Source: Mobula hypostoma
Taxonomy: Eukaryota
Assembly (NCBI RefSeq): GCF_963921235.1
Contig: NC_086098.1
Span: 8,370,001-8,434,000, forward strand
Reading direction: 5' to 3'
Length of the DNA stretch: 64,000 bases
The notes under the pieces were generated by a model, which had not been told where the DNA came from, made no database searches, and worked only from the letters and a program-made list of their open reading frames with translations. Below, one piece after another: positions 36,751-46,114 of the stretch. The stretch's first letter is position 1, and every line of letters begins with the position of its first letter. The translations under genes and the position numbers were made by a program.

Positions 36751-36985
36751 CTCTGGAGCTTACAAAGAAAGGAGCAAAAAACAAAAAAATTCCAGTGAGT
36801 GACAAAAACACTTTATTAATGAGAGTTCAGAGCGATTGAAGCTGGCAGGAAGGTGACAGTAACTCAGATAAACATGCATTACAACAATGGTGTGCAGAAG
36901 AGCATCTGTGAATGCACAACACGTCAAACCAGCAGCAGAGGACCACAGACATACAGTCAGTCAGTGGCTACTATATCAGGCACAG
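36374..36985 (+). mobile_element. Tc1-derived non-autonomous element
   Basis: GTGGTCACTTTAT terminus; transposase N-terminal remnant (SDFDHGMI..SISETADLL); inverted homolog of 60918-61471. Confidence 0.7.
36689..36748. repeat. (CA)30 microsatellite
   Basis: Read directly from sequence. Confidence 0.97.
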
Positions 36986-38719
36986 GAGGTCCCGAATAAT
37001 GTGTGGATGGAACTGTGATTCAGACTTCAATTTTAATCTTTGAGGATGTTGTAAACAGCTTCTGACATGCTTCAATTATAGCATTTGTACACATGCAGAT
37101 ACTTTTTGCTTCAAAAGCCTGACAAACTGGCTGTTATGGAGGAACCGAGATTCCTCTGAGTGTCATGAGCTCATTAGGAAACACTAACTTTTTCCTCTGA
37201 TCGCAAGCACGTTTTATTTTCCACTGTAATTTATTAAACTCATTAATCCCCTCCAGTGAAGTATTACTTCAGAAATGCTGCTTGAAAAGCTGACTGAAAA
37301 TGTCTCAGAGATCTTCATCATGGGTTTCTGTTTGAAGCTTGCCCATTATACAGAGTATTGCCTGGCAGATTATGGTCCTGCTCTTGACAGGGGATCTGAA
37401 GTAAATCCTATGTAGTCACTTTAGTGGCACTTTGAATTTGTCTTTCCGTTTGAAATTTTAATAAAATACAGTTGTTTGATTGTTGAAGTCATTTGGAAAT
37501 AAAATTAGGTGTGTTATAATTGATTTTTAGACATTGAGTCTCCCTGGACCTTTAAGCTGATGTTACACTACGGTATATTTTTATTGCTTATAAATAGTTA
37601 GTACTGTATGTATTAAGTCATGGGCTTCCTATTCTTCTGCACTGAGTCTCACCAAGGGAGCAAAATGCCATTCAGAATTTCAATACCTATCACTAGGCAT
37701 TACGGAACAAAATGTCATTGTGAACCAGAAATGAGATGTTGCATAGAGTTGACCAGGAATTCATTACATTCTGTTTGCCTACAGTCCAGGTGTTTAATTT
37801 AAGATTTGAAAATATCTCTCAGATCAAAAGAGCTTTGCTAACTTGCTCTTTAGGGTTTTAATGGAGATTAATGGCCCTTAGCACTGAGGCTAAGGATTGA
37901 ATGGTGTGTACATTTTCTGAAAAAAAAGATGACATTTACAACGGCAGCATTCATAGCAATAATGTTAAGATAGCTTCTAAGACAACCCTGAAGCATACGC
38001 ATGTATTCCACAGGGAATGTCTTTGTAAGAATTCTATTCATGACCCAGGTGACTCTCCCAGAGTTGCAATGCAGATTCCAACATCAAGTTGTACAAAGAT
38101 AGGAACTGAACTATATGCTAATCCAGCATAGATACAGAGAGCACTAACATCCACCATACAAAGAATTTGTGGATCTCACAGTAAAGTGGCGTTGGGTTCA
38201 ATTCCCCGCCGCTGACTGTAAGGAGTTTGTACGTTCTCCCCAAGGCCACATGAGATCTCTCCGAGTGCCCCAGTTCCCTCCCACAATCATGTCGGACATC
38301 AATATGCAGGTAGATTGGGAAAATCAGGTGGCCCTGAGTTGCAGGAGGGAATTTCTAGAGTGCAGTGCCTACAAGATAACTTTTATAGAGCAGCTCATGG
38401 TTGAGCCCAGTCGGGGATCAGCTACTCTGGATTGGGTGTTGTACAATGAACCAGAATTGATTACAAAGATAAAGGTAAAAGTACCCTTAGGGACACGTGA
38501 TCATGATGTGATCTAATTCACTTTAAAACTTGAGAAGGAGAAGCTAAAGTCTGATGTATCAGTATTACAGTGCAGTGATGGGAATTACAGAGGCATGAGA
38601 CCATAAGATATAGGAGCAGAATTAGGCCATTTGGCCCATTAAGTCTGCTCTGCCATTCATCATGGATGATCCATTTCCCTTTCAGCCTCTATCTCCTGCC
38701 TTCATGCCCTGACTAGACA

Positions 38720-39355
38720 GGAGGGAGGAGAAGATGGCGACGCGACGCAGCGCGTGCAGCTCTCCGGTGAAATGATATCGTATTTGTAAGTAGGATGCCG
38801 TGGACAATTCTGATTTGATGGAGACAGACGTAAGAAGCACAGAAGAACATGTGGAGAAATTTCTGAAATGCCCGGTTCGCTGCCGCTGCTACTGTGCAAT
38901 TGAGAATCTCCAAAGGGAAGGCCCCAAAATCCCCGGCTTTGCCTGCTGCTGGTGACCGAGGTTGGGGTCGAATCGTTCGGCAGAGATGGTGCTCGGTACT
39001 CGGTGTCAGAAGGCTGATGGGAGCTCAAAGTTTTCGGATGACTCAGAGTCGGACTGTGGTCAGGCATGGCAGGGAAAGTTTTCTTCCTTCTCCTGTCTGC
39101 GTGAGATGTGGGACTTCTGAGAAACTTTGAACTTTTTTACTGTGCCCATGTCTTGTTCTTCATCAAGTTATGGTATTGTTGCACTGTTGTAACTAAATGT
39201 TATAATTATGTGGTTTTATTAGTTTTTTAGTCTTGGTCTGTCCTGTGTTTCTGTGACATCACACCAGAGGAATATTGTATCATTTCTTAATGCATGCATT
39301 ACTAAATGACAATAATAGAGGACTGTGTGTCCTCATAATCTAATAATCTAATCTA
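38720..39355 (+). mobile_element. Non-autonomous retroposon, YY1-head/(ATCTA)n-tail family, copy C
   Basis: AAGATGGCG at 38731; perfect hairpin GAGGAC-TGTGT-GTCCTC at 39318-39334; inserted into a CR1 3' UTR. Confidence 0.85.
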
Positions 39356-40490
39356 CTTTATCAACCTTTGCCAACAAATTCCACAGAGTCCCCACAGTAA
39401 GGCTGAAGAAATTCCTCCTTATTTCCTTTCCAAGTGAACATCTTCTCTTCTGAGGCTGTGTCCTCTGGTCTTAGACTCTCTCTCCACAGGAACCATCCTC
39501 TGCACATCCACTCTGTTGAGGCCTTTCAATATTCAAAGACTCAAAGTACCTTTATTATCAACGAATGTATAAATTATACACCTTGAGATCTGTCTGCTTA
39601 AAGACAACCACAAAGCAAGAAACCCGAAGAACCAAATGGAAAAAAAAGATAGACCAAAACCACTGTGCAGAGAAGGAGAAGAATTAAATAGATCATGCAA
39701 GCAATAGAAGCAAGCTACAGCATTCCTGACTAGACTGAATCTTTAGACTGGCTCCCTGGAGCAGCCGGAGTTGTCCCAAGCCTCGGTCTTCCCAAGCCAG
39801 AGCAGCTCATACCCCCGGCATCACAGAGAGAGTAAGAGACATGGCAGGAGAGTAAGCAAAATCATCCCGACCCTTGCCTCCAGTCCCGAAACTCGGGCTT
39901 TCCAGCCTATCTTGCTCTAGGACCCCGTCCTCAGTGCGGCGACACACTTGGTCCATCCAGCTGGAATCTATTCCTGATCTCAACAAGTTGGCTCAGTGTT
40001 TGGAGCAATCCAACCTCGCTGCCGGGTTAATGGATGGGTATTGAAACTCTGCCACATCGACTCCTCTCCAATTCCATCTCTGACAGTGATACCAACACCA
40101 TCTGAAACCCCATCTCGACCACGTTGTGCTTCAGCTGTGCGATACACCAGCATGTCTCATCCTTTTGAATCAGCTTTGCTTCTGCTTGCTTCTTCATTGT
40201 TTTTTTCAAAAAAGAGATGGATAGAGCTCTTAAAGATAGCGGAATCAAAGGTTATGGGGATAAGGCAGGAACTGGATACTGATAGTGGATGATCAGCCAT
40301 GATCACAGTGAATAGCGGTGCTGGCTCGAAGGGCCAAATGGTCTGCTCCTGCACCTATTGCCTATTGTCTATTGTCTAAAAAGGTCGGCACAACATTGTG
40401 AGCCAAAGAGCCTGTACTGTATTATAATGTCCTGTATTCTGTGTTATATGTTAATGTAAAACAGAAGTTCTCAGTTCTGATTAAAGACAT

Positions 40491-41040
40491 ACAGTACTGT
40501 ACAAAAATCTTAGGCACATACAGTATATACAGCTGGGGTGCCTAAGATTTTTGCACAATACTGTATTTGTCAACATAGAGCAGAGTGCGAGTTCGTAAAT
40601 CTGGCGGGAGCAAAGGATGTTGGGAATGGCAAGGATGGAGCACCATGGGAGGGGTGTGGGACGGGTGGCAGAGAAGGAGTGCCAGGTTCGCGGGACGGGT
40701 GGCACACACACACAGCCCTGAGACATCAGGCAAGACCATTTGATTCTAAACAATTGGTTTATTGACTATTACAAAAATGTCTCTCTGGTGCTTCCCGCTC
40801 CCTCCCCTCTCCCTTCCCCTTTTCTGAACAACGATTCTCCTCTCCCTGGCTCCTTCCCACTCTCAGTCTACAATAGAGACCCATATCAGAATCAAGTTTA
40901 CTATCACTCATGTATGTCATGAAATTTTTTTGTTTGCTGCAGCAACAGTACAGTACAATACATAAAATTACTACAGTACTGTGCAAAAGTTTTAAGCACC
41001 CTAGCTCTATATATATGCCTAAGACTTTTGCATGGTATTT
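40491..41040. mobile_element. Composite Tc1-type MITE with a palindromic TIR module at each end
   Basis: 40491-40563 and ~40974-41040 are each internally palindromic and are inverted copies of each other. Confidence 0.75.
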
Positions 41041-41649
41041 TATGTTCTATGTTAATATCATGCAGATGTTCTCAGTTGGGTCTAAAGACATAAGTGTGTT
41101 TTTTTTTTAAGCAAAACATCTGTGCGACTCATTCAGTAGCATAAATTACAGATGGACCACCCTGCGTGGCACATTTCTAAATAATATTGACTGTAAATTG
41201 CAAATTGACCATGATATTTTTCAATTTTATGTTAGAATTATAGGCTGATTTACATGTGCAGTGCGACTTCATCGGCACTGTAATTAGTTCAAACAAACGA
41301 CCAGATTACAACTAGTTTTCAAAGATTTATGCTACGTTCTTCAGGCCGAGTGCAGAAGCGAGCAGTAAATCCTACCAATTACAGAAATAATTTAGCTCCC
41401 TGAATATAAACTGTACAGGTATTGGTCCAGACAGGATTAAATTCTAATCAAGGAAAAGTGTTTTGCATAAAATATGTGAAGGTGTTTAAATATTGGTTAC
41501 GTGGCTTCAAAACTGTCCCAATTATACATCACTGCCATTCCTTTCACTGACATACTCTGTAAATCTTGGTTGAACATCAGTGAAGCTAACGACTGAAGAT
41601 GAGCAAATCTGAATATTTCACCATGTTGACGGAGCCAGGACAAAGTCAC

Positions 41650-42140
41650 AGAGTCATAGCGTCATAGAACACTACAGCATAGAAACAGGTCCATCTGGTC
41701 CATGCCAAACTATTATTCAGACTAGTCCCATCAACCTGCACTTGAATCACAGCCCTCCATACTACACCCACCCATGTTCTCATCCGAACTTCTCTTAAAT
41801 GCTGAAATCGAACTTGCATTCACCATTTGTGCTGGCAGATCGTTGCACATGCTCACCACCTTGAGTGAAGAAGCTCCCCCTTATGTTCCCCTTAAACTTT
41901 TCACCTTTCACCTTTAACCCATGATCTCTAGTTGTAATCTCACCCAACCTCAGTGGACAATGTCTACTTGCACTCACCCTACCTATGCCACTCTTAATTT
42001 TGTAAACATCTATCAAATATCCCCTCATAATCTTACACTCCAAGGAATAAAGTCTTAACCTATTTGAACCTTTCCCTATAACTCAGGTCTTCAAGTTCCA
42101 CAACATCCTTATAAATTTTCTCTGTACACTTTCAATTTTA
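41650..42140 (-). mobile_element. Decayed CR1 3' fragment
   Basis: ORF 41795..42043 similar to the CR1 ORF2 C-terminus. Confidence 0.75.
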
Positions 42141-42648
42141 TTTAAAACGAATGAAAACCGCTCAGAGACTAAGCACAGAGGGTTGACACTATATCATGCA
42201 CTTTCGACAATGACAAAGTTACAAAGTCAAAGAAAGTGTGCTCGATCCTTTATTGAGAAACCTACAAAGATGAACTACCTTGTAATGATAAAACTAATGA
42301 AACAAAACTAATGTGATATAATGAAATAGGCAGTTGTTTGATGTCTCTGGGCCTGTACTCAATGGAATTCAAAAGAATGAGGCGTGAATTTACTGAAACC
42401 TATTAATTGTTGAAAGGCCTCGATAGAGTGAATGTAGAGAGGATGTTTCCTGTGGTGGTGGAGTCAAAGAACAGAGGACAATCCTTTTAGAATTGAGATG
42501 AGGAGGAATTCCTTTAGCCAGGGAGTGGTGAATCTGTGGAATTCTTTGCCACAGGAAGCTGTGGAGGCCAAGTCATTTAAGACAGAGATTGATAAATTCT
42601 TGATTGGTCAGGGCATGAAGGGATACAGAGAAACGGTAGAAGATTCTA

Positions 42649-42804
42649 CGGAGCAGGGGGCAGGGATTCAAGTTTTTGGATCATTGGGACCTCTTTTGGC
42701 GCAGGTGTGACCTGTACAAAAAGGACGGGTTACACTTAAATCCTCGGGGGACCAATATCCTGGCAGGGAGATTAGCGGGGGCTACTGAGGTGACTTTAAA
42801 CTAG
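42649..42804 (+). CDS. CR1 ORF1 C-terminal fragment (SGNH esterase-like; partial)
   Basis: Manual translation RSRGQGFKFLDHWDLFWRRCDLYKKDGLHLNPRGTNILAGRLAGATEVTLN*; contains the DxxH motif. Confidence 0.85.
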   Translation, partial: RSRGQGFKFLDHWDLFWRRCDLYKKDGLHLNPRGTNILAGRLAGATEVTLN

Positions 42805-42809
42805 AATGG

Positions 42810-45809
42810 TTGGGGGGTGGGAATCAAATTAAAGCGGCTAGGTGTGAGGAGGTTAGTTCACAACAGAGGGATGGGAACCAGTGCAGGGAGACAGAGGGGT
42901 GTAAAGTGAGCGTAGAAGCAAAAAGTACAAAGGGGAAAAGTAAAAGTGGCAGGCCGACAAATCCAGGGCAAGCATTAAAAAGGGCTAAGAGAGTTGTAAA
43001 AGAGTGCCTGAAGGCTTTATGTGTCAATGCAAGGAGCATTCGTAATAAGGTGGATGAATTGAAAGTGCAGATTGTTATTAATGATTATGATATAGTTGGG
43101 ATCACAGAGACATGGCTCCAGGGTGACCAGGGATGGGAGCTCAACGTTCAGGGATATTCAATATTCAGGAGGGATAGACACGAAGGAAGGGGAGGTGGGG
43201 TGGCGTTGCTGGTTAAAAAAGAGATTAACGCAATAGAAAGGAAGGACATAAGCCGGGAAGATGTGGAATCGATATGGGTAGAGCTGCGTAACACTAAGGG
43301 GCAGAAGACGCTGGTGGGAGTTGTGTACAGGCCACCTAACAGTAGTAGTGAGGTCGGAGATGGTATTAAACAGGAAATTAGAAATGTGTGCAATAAAGGA
43401 ACAGCAGTTATAATGGGTGACTTCAATCTACATGTAGACTGGGTGAACCAAATTGGTAAAGGTGCTGAGGAAGAGGATTTCTTGGAATGTATGCGGGATG
43501 GTTTTTTGAACCAACATGTCGAGGAACCGACTAGAGAGCAGGCTATTCTGGACTGGGTTTTGAGCAATGAGGAAGGGTTAATTAGCGATCTTGTCGTGAG
43601 AGGCCCCTTGGGTAAGAGTGACCATAATATGGTGGAATTCTTCATTAACATGGAGAGTGACGTAGTTAATTCAGAAACAAAGGTTCTGAACTTAAAGAGG
43701 GGTAACTTTGAAGGTATGAGACATGAATTAGCTAAGCTAGACTGGCAAATGACACTTCAAGGATTGACGGTGGATATGCAATGGCAGGCATTTAAAGGTT
43801 GCATGGATGAACTACAACAATTGTTCATCCCAGTTTGGCAAAAGAATAAATCAAGGAAGGTAGTGCACCCGTGGCTGACAAGAGAAATTAGGGATAGTAT
43901 CAATTCCAAAGAAGTAGCATACAAATTAGCCAGAGAAAGTGGCTCACCTGAGGACTGGGAGAAATTCAGAGTTCAGCAGAGGAGGACAAAGGGCTTAATT
44001 AGGAAGGGGAAAAAAGATTATGAGAGAAAACTGGCAGAGAACATAAAAACGGACTGTAAAAGCTTTTATAGATATGTAAAAAGGAAAAGACTGATAAAGA
44101 CAAATGTAGGTCCCCTGCAAACAGAAACAGGTGAATTGATTATGGGGAGCAAGGACATGGCAGACCAATTGAATAATTACTTTGGTTCTGTCTTCACTAA
44201 GGAGGACATAAATAATCTTCCAGAAATAGTAAGGGACAGAGGGTCCAGTGAGATGGAGGAACTGAGCGAAATACATGTTAGTAGGGAAGTGGTGTTAGGT
44301 AAATTGAAGGGATTGAAGGCAGATAAATCCCCAGGGCCAGATGGTCTGCATCCCAGAGTGCTTAAGGAAGTGGCCCAAGAAATAGTGGATGCATTAGTGA
44401 TAATTTTTCAAAACTCGTTAGATTCTGGACTAGTTCCTGAGGATTGGAGGGTGGCTAATGTAACCCCACTTTTTAAAAAAGGAGGGAGAGAGAAACCGGG
44501 GAATTATAGGCCGGTTAGCCTAACGTCGGTGGTGGGGAAACTGCTGGAGTCAGTTATCAAGGATGTGATAACAGCACATTTGGAAAGCGGTGAAATGATC
44601 GGACAAAGTCAGCATGGATTTGTGAAAGGAAAATCATGTCTGACGAATCTCATAGAATTTTTTGAGGATGTAACTAGTAGAGTGGATAGGGGAGAACCAG
44701 TGGATGTGGTATATTTGGATTTTCAAAAGGCTTTTGACAAGGTCCCACATAGGAGATTAGTGTGCAAACTTAAAGCACACGGTATTGGGGGTAAGGTATT
44801 GGTGTGGGTGGAGAATTGGTTAGCAGACAGGAAGCAAAGAGTGGGAATAAACGGGACCTTTTCAGAATGGCAGGCGGTGACTAGTGGGGTACCGCAAGGC
44901 TCAGTGCTGGGACCCCAGTTGTTTACAATATATATTAATGACTTGGATGAGGGAATTAAATGCAGCATCTCCAAGTTTGCGGATGACACGAAGCTGGGTG
45001 GCAGTGTTAGCAGTGAGGAGGATGCTAAGAGGATGCAGGGTGACTTGGATAGGTTGGGTGAGTGGGCAAACTCATGGCAGATGCAATTTAATGTGGATAA
45101 ATGTGAAGTTATCCACTTTGGTGGCAAAAATAGGAAAACAGATTATTATCTGAATGGTGGCCGATTAGGAAAAGGGGAGGTGCAACGAGACCTGGGTGTC
45201 ATTATACACCAGTCATTGAAAGTGGGCATGCAGGTACAGCAGGCGGTGAAAAAGGCGAACGGTATGCTGGCATTTATAGCGAGAGGATTCGAGTACAGGA
45301 GCAGGGAGGTACTACTGCAGTTGTACAAGGCCTTGGTGAGACCACACCTGGAGTATTGTGTGCAGTTTTGGTCCCCTAATCTGAGGAAAGACATCTTTGC
45401 CATAGAGGGAGTACAAAGAAGGTTCACCAGATTGATTCCTGGGATGGCAGGTCTTTCATATGAAGAAAGACTGGATGAACTGGGCTTGTACTCGTTGGAA
45501 TTTAGAAGATTGAGGGGGGATCTGATTGAAACGTATAAGATCCTAAAGGGATTGGACAGGCTAGATGCAGGAAGATTGTTCCCGATGTTGGGGAGGTCTA
45601 GAACGAGGGGTCACAGTTTGAGGATAGAGGGGAAGCCTTTTAGGACCGAGGTTAGGAAAAACTTCTTCACACAGAGAGTGGTGAATCTGTGGAATTCTCT
45701 GCCACAGCAAACTGTTGAGGGCAGTTCATTAGCTATGTTTAAAAGGAAGTTAGATATGGCCCTTGTGGCTACAGGGGTCAGGGGGTATGGAGGGAAGGCT
45801 GGGTTCTGA
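42810..45809 (+). CDS. CR1 ORF2: APE endonuclease plus reverse transcriptase (true start uncertain; frame open from 42789, first ATG only at 43413)
   Basis: NARS, GITETW, VYRPP, MGDFN, SDH (endonuclease); NYRPVSLTS, YLDFQKAFD, GVPQGSVLGP, KFADD (RT). Confidence 0.95.
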   Translation: MGGGNQIKAARCEEVSSQQRDGNQCRETEGCKVSVEAKSTKGKSKSGRPTNPGQALKRAKRVVKECLKALCVNARSIRNKVDELKVQIVINDYDIVGITETWLQGDQGWELNVQGYSIFRRDRHEGRGGGVALLVKKEINAIERKDISREDVESIWVELRNTKGQKTLVGVVYRPPNSSSEVGDGIKQEIRNVCNKGTAVIMGDFNLHVDWVNQIGKGAEEEDFLECMRDGFLNQHVEEPTREQAILDWVLSNEEGLISDLVVRGPLGKSDHNMVEFFINMESDVVNSETKVLNLKRGNFEGMRHELAKLDWQMTLQGLTVDMQWQAFKGCMDELQQLFIPVWQKNKSRKVVHPWLTREIRDSINSKEVAYKLARESGSPEDWEKFRVQQRRTKGLIRKGKKDYERKLAENIKTDCKSFYRYVKRKRLIKTNVGPLQTETGELIMGSKDMADQLNNYFGSVFTKEDINNLPEIVRDRGSSEMEELSEIHVSREVVLGKLKGLKADKSPGPDGLHPRVLKEVAQEIVDALVIIFQNSLDSGLVPEDWRVANVTPLFKKGGREKPGNYRPVSLTSVVGKLLESVIKDVITAHLESGEMIGQSQHGFVKGKSCLTNLIEFFEDVTSRVDRGEPVDVVYLDFQKAFDKVPHRRLVCKLKAHGIGGKVLVWVENWLADRKQRVGINGTFSEWQAVTSGVPQGSVLGPQLFTIYINDLDEGIKCSISKFADDTKLGGSVSSEEDAKRMQGDLDRLGEWANSWQMQFNVDKCEVIHFGGKNRKTDYYLNGGRLGKGEVQRDLGVIIHQSLKVGMQVQQAVKKANGMLAFIARGFEYRSREVLLQLYKALVRPHLEYCVQFWSPNLRKDIFAIEGVQRRFTRLIPGMAGLSYEERLDELGLYSLEFRRLRGDLIETYKILKGLDRLDAGRLFPMLGRSRTRGHSLRIEGKPFRTEVRKNFFTQRVVNLWNSLPQQTVEGSSLAMFKRKLDMALVATGVRGYGGKAGF

Positions 45810-46114
45810 GTTGGATGATCAGCCATGATCATAATAAATGGCGGTGCAGGCTCGAAGGGCCGAATGGCCTACTCCTGCACCTATTTTCTATGTTTCTATG
45901 TTTCTAAGATTGGATCTGAGTGGGAAAATGGATCAACCATAACAGAATGGTGAAGCACACTCAAAGGGCCAAGTGGCCTAATTCTATTCCTCTATCATAT
46001 TATTAATATAGTTTTATGGTATAAGCATATTCAAATATACTTAAACTAAACGTTCTTAAATGTATTTAAACAATAAACAAACCAAAATAAAACTAAGTGA
46101 ATCTGTCAACAATA

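Larger units (their letters stand above)
42646..45905 (+). mobile_element. Young CR1 LINE, 5'-truncated within ORF1, intact ORF2, (TTCTATGT)n tail, inserted in an older CR1 3' end
   Basis: Possible TSD AAGATT at 42640-42645 and 45906-45911; uninterrupted 999-codon ORF. Confidence 0.95.
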
